The notes beneath the pieces were generated by a model. That model had not been told where the DNA came from and did no database searches. It worked only from the letters and a program-made list of their open reading frames with translations. This document shows positions 30,771-46,469 of a stretch of DNA of 64,000 bases, one piece after another (position 1 is the stretch's first letter; each line of letters starts with the position of its first letter). The stretch lies in assembly GCF_009914755.1 (NCBI RefSeq), contig NC_060942.1; one strand, 5' to 3'. The stretch is from the human T2T-CHM13v2.0 reference genome, Homo sapiens. The translations under genes were made by a program, and so were the position numbers.

Positions 30771-31499
30771 TCATGGTTTCTGGCGCTTTAAAATACACAA
30801 TACCACTGTTCATCATAGATATGTGGACTTAACAGATGTCTTGTGAGGATGCTATTTTATGAGACACTGTTTTAAATGCTTTGGAAAATGCAAAGTTGAA
30901 ACAAACTGGGTATCTGCCTTCAAGAACATGAGCTTATAGTGGAAAAAACATGTGGACAAGTAACTAAAATAACTAGAAGTGACAAATATCATAAGAGAAA
31001 AATAACAAATTCAGAAAAAGTACCAAAAAAATACCAAGGGGAAAAACACTGACTCTAATAACCGCCCAGTGAAACTTGCTTTTCATACTGGGAATGTCAT
31101 GTTTCACTGATGAGAAGAATTAGTACTTCAAACCTAATTCTGACCAACTCGAAAAAATAAGGTAATAAAGTGAGGGGGAAAAAAAGGCCTGCAAGGACGC
31201 TACTAGAGTTTGTAACAGGCAAGGAAAACACTGAAGGTAGACTTAGGATTAAATTTCTTTTTAAGTTCAGAGCAAAAGGATATGAGCCAATTTTCTAAGA
31301 TTTCTTTAAAAAAAAAAACTGGTTTAAGAGAGCTAAAAGATTAGTAGACAATAAAACTTTTATTTAAAAGGGAGAAGTAGTTTGGAAATCGTTTTTTTTA
31401 AAAAGCAATCAGCAAGAGATATGAGATCCAATTTTATCTGTAATGTTTTATTTTTTATAAATCTAAAGCCATTGCATCAAAATGTTAATAAGAGTGACA

Positions 31500-31740
31500 A
31501 TAATACGAATCTTAATACTCAGCATTTATTGAGCACCAACCTTGTGCCAGCCTATGTTCTAACAGCAGGGTTTCTGTCAAACTTCATAACAACATTATGA
31601 AGTAGGCACCTCTATTTCAAAGACAAGAAGACCCAAGCAAAAATATGGTTAAGTCGTTTTTCCACAGTCACACGGCTAGCAAGTTTTAAAACAGGAATAC
31701 TAAACTAAGCAGTCCAACACCAGGGATATATAATGCTGTA
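31500..31740 (-). mobile_element. MIR
   Basis: catttattgagcac...tgtgccag...ttcataacaac...gtcacacggctagcaag. Confidence 0.6.
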
Positions 31741-32239
31741 TTTCTTAGTAATGTGGTGTTTGTCTCATTATTATTTTTCCTTACTTAAAATTCTCACATC
31801 CCCAAAATGACATTCAGCTGAGTAGGATGGCAAGTGCCGGATTATGAAAATTGAGAGGTGATTCTAACAACCATAGATCTTTGGGAGATTTATGATTTAA
31901 CAATCACAAAGATTATAAGAAGTCTTCTATGATATCCAGTGTAACATTAAAATATCACCTCTGTAACCCCATTTTATAACCACCCTCATATCCCGTAAAT
32001 CTAAGTGTACTATCCTCTTTTCAATTCCTCTTGAAGACACAAGACACTCTTTCCTAACTCAGGGCCTATCCCTTTGCCTGGCATTTAAAAAAAAAATTAA
32101 TTTGTATAATATTTGTTGAATATGGCATTTTAGTCTAGAGGAGAAATAATATATTCTGCAAGTGGTTGTGAGTCAACTGACCATCCATTTACGGATTCAA
32201 AGTATCAAATTTCTGTCACATAACATGCACCAAACTATA

Positions 32240-32660
32240 TTCCATTTATTTGTTTTATTTTTAACTGACAAATAATAATTGTATGTATCTTTAGGATACA
32301 ATGTGGTGTTCTGACACATGTATACATTGTGGAATGATCCAATCAGGCTAATTAACATACCAATCACCTCAAATACTTATTTCTCTGTGGTGAGAACATT
32401 TAACATCTATTCTTTTAGCTATTTTGAAACATATATTATTATTAACTATAGTCACTATGCTGTAAGAGATCACCAGAACTCATTCCTCTTGTCTAACTGG
32501 AATTTTGTAACCTCTCAGCAACGTCTCCCTTTTCCCTACCCATATCCACCTGCCACTTGCCTCTGGTAACAATTCTACTCTACTTCTTTGAATTCGACTT
32601 TTTTAGATTCCATATATAAGACAGATCATGTGGTATTTGTTTCTCTGTGTGCCTGGTATC
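32240..32660 (-). mobile_element. L1MA 3' end
   Basis: gacaaataataattgtatg...tatacattgtggaatg...ttttagattccatatataag. Confidence 0.8.
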
Positions 32661-35446
32661 TTTTCGGCTTCCAATCCCATAGACTTTTAACATCCTTCTA
32701 CCTGTTATGCCTTGGCTTAAGCTTCATTCTCTGAACCACTTTCTCTCTACTGAAGAGGGATAGGGTGCTCCTCTAATGCAGTTTCCTAATAGTCTGCTTG
32801 GAAGCATTTCTACTTTTGATTATACTTTTAGCTGTCTTAATTCCAAGTTCCATGAGAGCAGGACCCTATCAGTTTTGCCCACTGCTATATTTCCTACAAG
32901 AGTGACACCTAGTAGGTGATCAATAAATGTTTGTTGAATGATGGAAAAGCAGTAGGAAAAGAAAGGCAGTAGCCCCTTTCTTCCTATTCACCCCATGCCA
33001 CAGCACCACACCCATATAAGGTATCATGTCCAGATCTCAGGGAGAGTCCTAAGAAACACAATACCCTTGTAAAATAGCATGAACAAATGAGAAGTCTGGA
33101 CACTGTGGCTTTTAAAGTCTATCTAAAAAAAAAAACAAATCATTTAAAGCAGGGTGGGGGGAATAGAGAAGAAATTATAGTTATGTTTAAATGAAGAGCT
33201 GTCACATGTGAAGACATTATTTATTCTGTGAGTTTAAAGGACAGAATAACAGGTAGAAATGATCAGGTACAGTCTAAAAGAACAAAAAACGTACGAATAA
33301 TCACAGCGCAAAAACAGAATGAATATCCTTCAAAGGAGGTGTTCACGCTGAGGCTGCATGGCCAACTGTATACTATGACTTATGCGATATGTGAGGGATA
33401 TAAAAAGGAATGTAATAAACCCAAGGCACATGAGAAAACAAATATTTAAACAACTGTAGAAGTAATGCAGGAAAGCCACATGACAATCAGGGTAACTAGA
33501 ATTCCACATACATCACAGAGTAAGAAGACCCTGGAGCTCAAGGAAGAGTAGATATTCACTAGGCAGCCAAGGAGTTAACTATGTAAAAGCAAGGATGTAT
33601 AAAACAGAAGTGTATGCCCTAAAATATCAAGCAGTTTCATAAAACCCCAATATTTGCACTTCATAGAAACACAGCATATGTTAGAGAGAGAGGAGGAAAC
33701 TGCAGCTGAAAAGGTAAGCAAGAGCTAGATCAAAAAGAACTTTCTACAGCATGCTAAGGGGTTGGAATTCTATTAATATCTAGCACACCATGGAAGAGAA
33801 CCCACAGGTGACATGTATTTCAGAAGGATCATTCAGGAAGCAACATAAATGAGTGGCATAAGGTTAAAAGCAGAAAAACCAATTCGCTAGTCAGTCTACA
33901 GTCTGGTGAAAAATGGAGAAAAACAGTAGCAATAGGACTTCCAGTAGGAAAGGAGTAGAGAGGCATTAAACATGCAAACTCAACAGAAACTAGTTGAAAG
34001 AAGACTCTAGATACCTCTGACAACTTGTAATCCTACTAAACCATGACTATCATCTGTTTTCTTAAAATAAGTTTCCAAAATGATATTAGATTATAATTGT
34101 ATGCTTGTGTGTTAGCATACACATATAAAAACATACACATAAATTAATGTTGGGCTGTTAAAATAATCATCTTGGAAAGTTATGTTTAGAAGCCACAGTA
34201 CCGTAAGTAAAAAGATTTTAGAAACCATGTTTTTTGTCAAACTGAAATATACTTTTGTTAATAGTGATAAATAGTCATGGTTTAGGGTGGTGTTCATTTC
34301 GGTATACATGTAAAAATCATTTTTACCCTTCTCTGGATAGTTGAGTTTGCTAATATCATTTTTTAGTAAAAAATTAAATATAACTTCAAAATATAATAAG
34401 ACTTCCTTACATCTGCTGTTTAAATGACCTGAGAGGACAATTTCAAAATATCTGAGCAAAGCCAGAATTATTCTAACATACACACTCACTCCTAAAAGGA
34501 CCTCTTTTGCGGAACATTCATTTGGATATATCATATATTTGAAAAATTAGCCTCAAAGTATATTTACTGACATGGAAAATGTGTAAAAAATAACATTATT
34601 TTTAAAATACAATAAAAAACCATTCACACAGGTATGAACATGCTTCTCTATATTTTGTTTTGTCTAGAATGATATAATTTGAAATAGCTGTATTTTAAAA
34701 ATATTAAACTAAGCTTATAAAAATGTTCTCAATATCTCAATACTTTATACAGCCATGATTTATGGGAATCTTCTATCTCCAAGCACCCTTTAAGCTGTTG
34801 GTTCATCTTAGATAATCAGTCAAAAAGATAATGTTCCTTTCTATCATTAAACTGAATGAAAGCAAAACTAAAGTTTCCCAAAGCCTCATTAGTACATACA
34901 TTTCTGGAAGTAAAGTTTTTAAAAAGTTTTCATGAAAAAAGGTGGATTCTGTGATATATATTTTTGATACATTCCTTAGTGAAACATAATACAGCAGAAA
35001 TACATGAATATTTATAAATTAGGCAGTAGTGTCTGTGTTGCCATGATCAAACACAGGCCTAAAAACCAAATACAAGATGAATATTATATATGCATGTGTG
35101 TATATATTAAACATATACACAGTCTATACTCTCCACTTACACTAGTCCTGAGGAAACTAACCATAAAAAATGTGATGCTCACATACAGTTACTGCTATTG
35201 GGCAATTTGAAATACTCTAAAGGCTTCCACTGACCCACAGTTTGAGAGTCTTTCCTGTAATGTGGTACTGCATACTATTTCTATGGTTTTAATTCACAAG
35301 AGAAAGAAAACTTAGTGCAATGAATTCAATCAGCTTTTATGTTAAAATTTCTTTTGACAAATAGGGACATATTACATTTATTTAAAGTGAAGGATTTATG
35401 CATTCTTCAACTGGCGAGACTGTTTAAATGCGGGAGTGTGCTGATA

Positions 35447-35832
35447 AATATGTAACTGAGAGTGCTGACTTATTGTGTTTGTCAATTTCCATGGTGTAAA
35501 TATACTACTGTAGACAATGTGGAGCTACCATGTAACATGAAGTTGTGAAGAGATGCACAGTGGTACTCCATTGTAGTTATTTCCATAAAATACATACCCC
35601 TGTAGTGCATATGTATGCATAACCTCAAGAACAAAGATAACAGTAAAATGTTGCCACATAATTAGAAAGTGATGTTTGCATATTCATTACCTTTTGTCTT
35701 CATATAATTTATTTAATTGTAAGTTTATATAATTAAGAATGGCTGTGTTTAACAATCACCTTACAAAAATCCTGAAAATTCAACCATCAGCTCTCTCACA
35801 AGGCTGCATTAGTGGGCACCAGCACACCACTG
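35447..35832 (-). mobile_element. MER63-like hAT-Blackjack DNA transposon
   Basis: terminus ccagcacaccactg; internal aatttatttaattgtaagtttatataatt and tggctgtgtttaacaa. Confidence 0.7.
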
Positions 35833-36544
35833 GAAAGCCTAATCAGATAAACTAATTTTTAAAGCTAAACTAATAAAGGAATTCATATTTTGGAAACTCA
35901 TTTAACCTAGCAGCTTAAAAACTGCACATTTTATGTTAAATAATAAAGTTATACATTTTATACTAAAGTCACATGAAGAATAAAATGAAAACCTGCTTGC
36001 AGTGGTTGCTTATCAGTCTTGTTGCAAATGCAACCATCTGCTACAAGTTAAGCATGTTAAATTGACAAGCTAGAGCCTTCTCAATTAACTGCTATAAAGG
36101 ACCGCCACATGGCAATCAACTTCATGAAATTGAGAGTAAAAAGAAAAATGATATAATTTACTTAAGAACAAAACAAAAGCAAAACAAAACAGCCTGTGGC
36201 AGGTGTATCACAGCTATTAATCAATTCACTGATGTCTCAACTCATTTATAACATGGATAGAAATAAACATTCAATTTGTTTCATCCATGTCTTATCCTAA
36301 TTATTTGCTTTTGTGAGGTAAAATTTTCTAAGAATAAATTGTTACAAGTTTATTAATAATCCCTTCAACAATGCAATAACTAAATTAAAAATTTCTCTTT
36401 GGCTATTATTACAGATGATAAAAATCCTGGAGTTTTTCTTTCTATGATAGCAGCAGTAAGGGCATAGACTCTTATCTTCAAAGGTTAGGAGATGAACACA
36501 ATACAATGCAATCCAGGTCTTTGAAACTGGCAGCCTTGACCTTA

Positions 36545-36829
<285 letters not shown>

Positions 36830-37406
36830 CTATTTAAATAAAAGCTCACACTTATTTCTATTATAAACTCTCCCAAAAGCTGTTTTATCTTCATTTTCTT
36901 TTAACAAAAGGTTGACTTACAGCCAGAAGAAAAACTGATACATATCTGTCAATATTAGGATTTTACATTGGCATCCCAAATGTTTATATTGACTTTTCCT
37001 CCTTATAAAAATTTTTATTCACTTAAGACAGACAGATTAGAATATTAAGATATTCAAAAGTAATCACCATCACACTAATGATAACACTCATGCATATACT
37101 TACTGAGATTTTGTTCTAATCCAGGACCCTTTTCCTAGTGATTCATATCTACGAACAAATCAGACTTTAACCTCTAAAACAGTACAGAGTAAAATGCTTT
37201 TTCATTTAAAGTTTTCCCATATGATAGATTGTTAAAAGTAATAAACACATGTAATATTTAAAAGAAAGTAAAAATTATAACTGTTAAAAAGCAGAATCAG
37301 ATGATACCAAGGGAAAAAGCTACTGGACCTAAGGAAAAAGTAAAACTTAACTAATTAATTACAATTAATTAATTGCAAATGCTTTTTAAACTAATATAAG
37401 AGCTTA

Positions 37407-37619
<213 letters not shown>

Positions 37620-38309
37620 TTACAAACTTTCAAATTCTTAAATGCTACTCAAAAAGATGAGCCACAAATGAGGGCTAGTTCAATGCCTCCCAACCCACAA
37701 TAATGCAAAGGTTTCTCTTAGTCCCTATTTTAAACAATTATCATAATTTATACAGTATTTCAATTATTCTTTTCATCTCCTCTAAACTCCCCAGAACACT
37801 TAAATCCTTTCTTGAGGACTTACCACATTCTATGCTATATTAGAGTTGTTGTGGAGATAACTAATGCTCCTTGAAGTCAGGGACCATGAATACAGTGAAC
37901 CAAACATAAAAGGTGTTCAGCTAAAACACTGATATTTACTTTATGCCAAACACTGCTTATTTTGTATCATTCATTCACAGTTACATGGTATGGCACTATG
38001 ATACCTATTTTACAAATGATCAAAAATGAGGCTTAAAGCTGATAAATGAATTGCCTATGATCATAGAGGTCACTAAATGACTGAATTCCAGCTTATTGTT
38101 TTCACTTGAGAACATGGTTTCATCATCAATAAATTCAACAAGAACCAAGAAATATGTTTAGAAATAAAAACAGATTCAATAGCAGTATCTTTTAAACCAA
38201 AGTTAATTTTGTTCTACCGTAAAGACACATGCATGTGTATTTTGTCTCAAGTTTTTCCTTTAACATGGTGAAATAATCTAACATGCATGTAAATTTGCAT
38301 CCTAAAAGG

Positions 38310-39990
38310 AACAAAAAGAAATTTTAAAACTCCTAAAATGTATATGGAACAAAACATGGTCCTAAATAGCCAAAACAATCCCGAGCAAAAAGAACAAAGA
38401 GGGAGGTATCACACTGCCTAACTCTGAATTATGCTACAAAGCTATAGTAACCAAAACAGCATGATACTAGCATAAAAACAGACACACAGACCAATAAAAC
38501 AGAATAAAGAATGCACAAATAAATACACACATTTGGTCAATTTTCAACAAAAGCACCGAGAACATAATTTGGGGAAAGAACAGTCTCTTCAATGAATGGT
38601 ACTCAGAAAACTGGATATCCATATGCAGAAAAATGAAACTAGATCTCTATCTCTCGCCACATATGAAAATCAAATCAAAATGAATTAAAGACTTAAATGT
38701 AAGACCTGCAACTATGAAACTACTAGAAGAAAACATTAGAGAAATGCTTCAGGACATTAGCCTGGGCAAAGATTTATTAAGTAAGACCTCAAAAACACAG
38801 GCAAGCAAAGCAAAAATAAGTAAATGGGATCATATCAAGCTAAAAAGCTTCTGCATAGCAAAGGAAACAGTCAACAAAGTGAAGAGACCACCTATGGAAT
38901 GAGAGAAAACACTTGCAAACTATTCAACTGGCAAGAGATTAACCATCAAAATATATAAGGAACTCAAACAACTTAACAGCAAAATAATAATAATAATCCA
39001 ATTAAAAGCTGGGCAAAAGATCTGAATAGAAACTTCTTAAAAGACATACAAATGACCAACAGGTATATGAAAAAATTCTCAACATTACCAATCATCAGAG
39101 AAATGCAAATCAAAACCACAATGAGATATCTCACCCCAGTTAAAAAGGCTTTTATCAACAAGACAAAAAAAAATAACAGATGCTGGCAAAGATGTGGAGG
39201 AAGGAGAATGCTCACACACTGTTAGTGGGAATGTAAATTAGTAGAGTCATTATTGGAAACAGTATGGAGTTCCTCAAAAAACTAAAAACAGAACCTACAT
39301 ATGATCCAACAATCCCACTGCTGGGTATATATCCAAAAGAAAGGAAATTGGTATGTCAAAGAGATATATGCACTCCCATGTTTATTGTAGCACTATTCAC
39401 AATAACCAAGATATGGAATCTACCTAAGTGTCCATCAATAGATGAATGGATTTTTTTAAATGTGGTATAAATACACAATGGAGTATCATTCAGATGTAAA
39501 AAAGAATGAAATCCTGTCACTTGAAACAACATGGATGGAACTGGAAGTCATTACGTTAACTGAAATAATCCAGGCACAGAAAAACAAACATCACATGTTC
39601 TCCTTTATATGTGGGAGCTAAAAAAAAAAAAAAATGATCTCATGGAGATAAAGAGTAGAATGATGATTACCACAGGCTGTAAAGGATGGTGGGGAAGGGG
39701 GGAATTAAGAAGGGATGGCTAATGGGTACATAAAAATTTAGATAGAAGGAATAAGATCTAGTGTTCAGTAGCACAATAGGGTAAAAATAGTTAACAGTAA
39801 TTTGTTGTATATTTCAAAATAACTAGAAGAGCAGATCTGAAATGTTCCTAACACAGAGAATCAATAAATGTTAGAGGTAATGGACATCCTAATTACTCTG
39901 ATTTGATCATTATACATTGTATGCTTATATCAAAATATCACATGTACTCCATAAATATGTACTATTATATACCCATAAAAATAAAATAAA
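38310..39990 (+). mobile_element. L1MA 3' portion (ORF2 C-terminus plus 3'UTR)
   Basis: ORFs MKLLEENI...[10 protein letters not shown] and YDPTIPLLGIYPKE...CTPMFIVALFTI; 3'UTR and A-rich tail. Confidence 0.92.
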
Positions 39991-40039
39991 CTCCCCCAAA
40001 TAAATAAGCAAGCAAGCAAAGTGCTGTGGGATATAGCTG

Positions 40040-43000
40040 AAGGAACTCCTAAGAGAATGGGGAATACAGTTCCTTCAAAGAAGCAACAATAAAACTGACA
40101 GCCAATGTTCCTACAAAAAAATGGACTCCAACTGCCAACCTAGAATTCTATACCTAGTGATAACATTTTTTAAAACAGAAAGAATTTTTAGATTAAAAAA
40201 AAAAAAACCTGACAGAAATCATTGCTAATGTAAGTGCACTACATTAAATAATAAAAAACTCTTAAAAAAACAAATTCTCAGATGGAGGCAGAAAAACCAA
40301 AAAAGCAATAAAAAGTAACAGAAACGACCACGGTATACAAATCTAAATGACTATTTACTGCATAAAATAATTATAATAACATCTTATAGAATTTAAAATA
40401 TGTATAGAATTTAAATACCTGACAATAAAAGAAAAAAAAAAGAAGAGCAAATAAATGGAATTAATGTGTTCTAAGGTCTTTGCATTGTCTGGGATGTGGT
40501 AAAAATACTAGTTCACAGTCAAGGAAGTAAATTATAATCTCTATATTATAAAAGAATAATCATCTGTATAAAATATATAGAAATAATGTATATAGAAGAA
40601 TACTTAGCTGGGCACAGTGACTCATGCCTGTAATCCCAACACTTTTGGGAGGCTGAGGTGGGAGAATTGCTTGAAGCCAGGAGTTCAAGACTAGCCTGGG
40701 CAACAAAGCAAGATCCCAATCGCTACAAATAAATAAATAAATAAAATACTTAATGTATATGTAACTACAAGTTAACAGCTGGAAAACATGGACTAATTTT
40801 AAAAATTAATCAAGAAAAGCCAGAGAGGAAAAAGAAAGAAAAAAACCACATTGGACAAATAGAAAATAGCAAGCTAATAATCTGTATCCAAAAATATTAG
40901 TAATTATAGTAAATGTAAAATGCATTAAAATATTCCATTAAAACTGTAAATAATGTCAGATTGGACAAAAAAACTCAACTATATACTTCTTAAAAAAAAA
41001 AAGTACATTTAAGGACACAGAACAGCTAAAACTACAAGGATGGAAAAATACATATCATGCTAACCACTAACCAAATAAAAGCTGGGGAAGCTACAGTCAT
41101 AAGAGATCGAGTGAATTCTATATGATGAAGCACTGCTAGAGATAAAGAAATAATTTCATAATGATAGAGACAACCCACCAGCATGTTTACAAACTAAATT
41201 ACATGGCCTCAAAATACATTGTCAGCCAGAATGACAATGTCATAGTGGAGATTTTAACATGCCTCTCTGCTACCTGAAAGAACTTCACACACATATAATA
41301 AAGTAGACACAGGGAAGATCTGAACAGTATCAATAAACCTGATATATTTTGAGACTTATAGAACAGTATATCCAACAACTACTACATATACATTATTATT
41401 TTCAAGTACACATGGAACATTTTAAAAAGCTGACCATATGCTGGGCCATAAAGTAAAATTCAACAAACTCTAAAGAATTAAAATCATAGAAAATATTTTC
41501 TAATGTCAATATTTAGCTAAATATTAATAATAAAATAACTAGAAAACCTAATAAACTAAATCTTCACTAGTTACCCCCAATAACTCTAAACAACCCTTGC
41601 ATCAATAAAAAAAAATCACAAAACACTTAGAAAATATTTTGAACTAAATAATAAAATATGGCATATCAAATTCGTGGAATATACCAAAAGCCATACTTAG
41701 AAACATTGATAGCTTTAAATGAAAGGGCGGCTAATAATCAATGGCCAATCCTCCAGTAAGTTAGAAAATGAACAGAAAATTAAGTTTGAAAAACACAGAA
41801 GGAAGAAAATAATAAAAAGCAAAGAGTAATACATCAGGACCACTTTGAGATACACTATACATCCATCAGATGGGCAACAATTTTTTAAATGCCAACATTA
41901 CTGTGAGTAAAAGAGTAATAAAACCCTTTCTCCTCTTTACGGACAAACATGATATTGAGGTAACTCTCTGTCCCTTTACCCAGTAAAATCAGATAGATAT
42001 GGAATGTCAAGAATTTACTAAGCTGCTTTGCTTATGATGAAAATGACTCCCCACATCTGGACTGAGACATCTAGGAATAAACTATAAATGCATGATGGGA
42101 TGTCACAGCTCTGAGCAATCTTGAGTGCTGTGGCTCTTATAAGCAACCTGGAAACTATGCCTACAGCACACTTACTAGAGAACATATTTTCTATTTGGGA
42201 CATGAGGCTTCCAAGCCAAGACAGCTCCCAGCACCCACAAATGTGATCTCATTCTAAGCATGACTACTGCAGTCGTGTGAGTTTCATTATTTAGCCAAAC
42301 TAAACACCATTAAGACTGGTAATGCAAATACCAAAGGCTAGTGAGGATGTGGGGCAGCTAGTACTTTTCCACTGATGGTAGGAATGTAAATCAGCACAAC
42401 AACTTCGTAATACTGTCTGGTAACATCTACTAAAGCTAAACATAAATATCCTATATTCCAACAATGACACGTGTTCAAGAATGTTCTTAGCAGTCATTTC
42501 TTCATAATAGCCCAAAACAGAAAACAAATTAAACATCCACAAATAGAATGGTAAATAAAAGTGTTGTATATTCTTAGACAGAATACTACATAGAATAAAA
42601 ATGAACCAACTATTGATTGCTTCATGCAGCAACATGGACAAATCTCTCCAAGTTGAGCAAAAAGCCAATATAATAATGCACTCTATTTATAAAGTTCAAA
42701 AACTAGCAAAAATAATGTACAGCAATAGAAATTAAAATAGGATTACATTTTGGGGTGGTAGAAGGTAATGAGAAAGCACAAAAAGGGTTTCCGGTCTGTC
42801 AGTAATATTCTATGTCAATCTGTGTGAGATAAATAAGTACGTTTACTCAGAAAAATTCAAGGGCTGTACCCTTATGACTTGTATGCTTTATGTACGATAT
42901 ATGTCAATAAAAACAATTTACTTTTTACAAAAGTCTAAAGAGACATGAAAACCAAATACAATGCAGAACCTTAACTGGTTATTGCATTCTGAAAAAATAT

Positions 43001-43345
43001 ACACAAAAGATACTTGGAGATAACTGGAGAAACCACACCATGTTATAGAATTATTTTTAATCTTGTTAGATGGGATCATATTGTAGCAGTTATGTAGAAT
43101 AATGTCCTTAACTTAAGGATGTGCATGCTGGAATATATAGGAAAGGAGTGAATTTATGTCTGAAACTTATTTCCAATTGGCGGGTGAGGGAGAATTAAAT
43201 ATAAATAAAAATATATATTAGGAGAGAGAAAGCAAAGAGACTCATATGTAAATAATTGATGACTCTAGGCTGAACGACATACAAGTATGCACCGTATAGC
43301 TTTCAACTTTCCTGTAAATTTGAACGGTATCAAAATAAAAAATTG
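40040..43345 (+). mobile_element. Old, fragmented L1M(C/E) remnants
   Basis: degenerate ORF1/ORF2/3'UTR motifs (catagtggagattttaacatgcctctc, ttttcaagtacacatggaacatt, gaccatatgctgggccataaa). Confidence 0.65.
40606..40746 (+). mobile_element. FLAM / Alu monomer
   Basis: single left-arm monomer with a (TAAA)n tail and flanking AATACTTA. Confidence 0.85.
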
Positions 43346-43520
43346 GTGGTGGGGAGATATACTTACTGAAATCTTCAAAGCACCATTGTGAAGGAACCAT
43401 GAAAGCCCAAGTTATGGGATTTAAATGCTAAATGAAAATTGTGACAAATTATAGATTTTGATTTCCCTTTCTGTAACAACATTTCGTCCTTCAAGAAAAT
43501 CAGAGAAATAAATCCTTTAC

Positions 43521-43589
43521 CTTCTAAAAACGGAAACAGGCAAACTGAAGACCGATGGCAAAGAAGGTTTATTGGAAGGATTAACAGAC
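43521..43589 (-). CDS. RTTN: Rotatin coding exon (probably exon 23), 69 nt, symmetric phase 2/2
   Basis: gaaatag|GTCTGTT...AGAAG|gtaaag; SVNPSNKPSLPSVFSLPVSVFR(R). Confidence 0.93.
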
Positions 43590-44230
43590 CTATTTCATAA
43601 AAGAAAAACAAAAACAAAGAAACAACTGAGTAGACCAAGTTTTGTCTAACAAATACAACTTACCTCACTTCGTTGACTGCAAATGAAATCAAGCAGTGCA
43701 ACTGAGTCTATCATTTAGTATAGAAACAACATGTTTGCTACTTCCTAGATTTGCTTATGAAGAGTAAATTATGTTTTAAAAAAAAATTCCACATAACAAA
43801 TGATTCATACAATGCAGTGGTGGGACTAGCAGGTGGACTTTGTGCGTCTCCTCCCACGGATCCTGCTCAAGATCAGCGCTAATCATATACTATCGTCCTA
43901 AATATCTTCCGAGGTTTTTTAAAAATCATGAAATATTAAGAAAAAAACACATAGTTGAAGGTATGTACTAAAAATGTATTAAAGACAAAAATTACTGCAG
44001 TAATTTTAAAGTTTATATTTAGTAATGTTTAAAAATAAAATTTGAGATAGACTTTCTGAGCCAATAGGCTTTTGAATACTGTTTATTCAAATCAAAATTC
44101 ATACCACATATGTGTAGCATGGACAGCATAAGCTTCGTAAATCAGAAATTTCCATGCCTTGCTATAAGATTACATCAGATACCTGAGATAAATAGTTAAG
44201 AGTAAAAAACTTATAAATTCTTATATCTCA

Positions 44231-44350
<120 letters not shown>

Positions 44351-44457
44351 TTATGAAATATTTGTACGTCTAGAAAGAATGAACTTCAAATTTAAAATAT
44401 CTTGATTTGAAGAGAAAAGAAATGCAACATAAACCCAGATAAGGTGACACTAAAACA

Positions 44458-44626
44458 CAGGCTTTCATCTCAAACTTGTGGATGTACAAGAATCACCTGG
44501 AAGGCTGGTTAAAACAGTTTCTGATTGGATAGGTTTAGGGTGGAGCCTGTGAATGTGAATTTCTAATAAGTTCTCAGAGGATGCAGATGCTGCCAGTCCA
44601 GGAGCCACACTTGTAGATACACTCAC
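44458..44626. mobile_element. MER5A hAT-Charlie MITE
   Basis: ctcaaactt...agaatcacctgg...taggtttagggtggagcctg...gatgctgccagtcc...cacact. Confidence 0.75.
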
Positions 44627-46469
44627 TAGACACTGTCTAGTCTTAGGTAATTAGAGAAACAAACTGATACAGCCTCTAAGAAGGTTATGCCGAGTCAGAT
44701 AATTCTAGCTAAAGTTTCCTCACCAAGAGATCTTATTTTATAACTTTTGCCCTTTACTACAAACATGTGATCACAGAACTTGGATTTGACTTTAAAATGT
44801 TATCCTTGGGCTGTGTCATTGTTTTGGTTCCTTTTAATTATGACAAGATGATGGAAAAGGGAAGTGCTCTGAATGGACAGACTTAACACTAGCTCTACCA
44901 CTTACTACTTAGCTAAATGCCCTGGTGAGATTCTTTAACATTAAGTCTCAGTTCCCACTTCTGTAATGATCCCAATGCTACAATCTCCTTGAAACCTATG
45001 AAATTCTAAACAAAGAAGTACGATGTTATCTCACAGGAATAACAACATAATACACAGTTAGCAAATTCAGGGAAGCAGCAATAAGAAGTTTTGAGAGAAG
45101 AGATTTTTCCTAACTGCAGGAAAAGAAAATCATCCTTATGTAATTGGCATGATTAAAAATAGCCATAAACCAAAAAGTAAAGAAACAGAGAACATGTAAA
45201 AATTAACTTATAATAAAAGACATTTCACATCAGTGATGAATAGAATGAACCATAATATTTCCAAATAAATAAGAAATTACAGCAATGCCTTTGCCTGATT
45301 TCAAATTTAATTTTTTTAAACAACACTTAAAACACAGGAAAAGTGTTTTCAATCTGGAACTAGAGAAAGTCCTACTTGAAGAGCATGATAAAAAATTGCC
45401 CAACTGCCATAACAGAAAAGTTCTATATGTTTCCATAAAATATTTAAGTTTAAGGTTAAAAATATAATAATAAATAAAGGATAGAAAAGTTGAGAGAAAA
45501 TATTAATCACATAAAATCAAGCATAAGGATTGTGCCTATCTTATAATAAAAAACCCTACAAGTCACTAAAAAGAAAGTAAATACAACAGGAAAATAAGTA
45601 ATCCATAGATGAAGAAATTTGAATATATATGAAAAGATAACTTCACTAAAACTAAAATAAGAAAATAAAACAATTATATATTTTTACCTATAAGATTAAA
45701 AAAAATTAATGAGACATATTCAGTGTTGGCAAAGTTGTAATGAAAATAAGCATTTTTAAACACCTTTGGTGAGAGTGATTTGGAAAGGAACTTAACCATT
45801 ATCTTATAAAATCTCTTTGACCTAGGAATTCCAACACTGAATGCACAAAGATGATCACACAACATGATTACTGTCATGGTGAAAAATCTAAAACAAATAC
45901 CCAGTAACATAGCAAACTGAAATTCTGCAACACCAGTGCAGTAGTTTTTAGGGTTTTTTAAAGAATGTATACTCACATGAAATAATATAGAAAGATATTC
46001 AAGTTACATTTCCAGTTGAAAAAAGGAAGCAACACAATACTGTAATATACAGAATGAAAACTACATGTGTATGTAGAAAAAATCATTCGGAAAAATATAT
46101 TCCTAATGATAACCAGAACAGTCTTCTTTGGGGAAATTGAGAACGAGAAGAAAATGAAAACTTTTAGAATTTGTATAGTTCTATATTGCCTGAATTTTTA
46201 CAATGGGGATGTATAGGTCTGTGATTATTTAAAACAGAAACAAACAAAGGTAAGGAAGTTTCGATTCTCTCTCAGTAGCAAAGTAAATAACCCAATAACC
46301 ATTTTTTGGTTATAGCCTTGGCCAAGTTGCTAAATCTCTCTAGACCTCACACAGATGGTATAGTAAATGATTTCTAAGTTAATTTCTAACCCTGAAATAC
46401 ACTATAGAATTCTGTCATAACATAAAGTTTATAATTCAAAGCAGTGTTATCTGAGAAGTTATTTATTGT

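Noticed and set aside
34112-34534. 140-aa minus-strand ORF in an intron
   Set aside because: AT-rich composition, no recognisable homology, and the RTTN frame is complete without it
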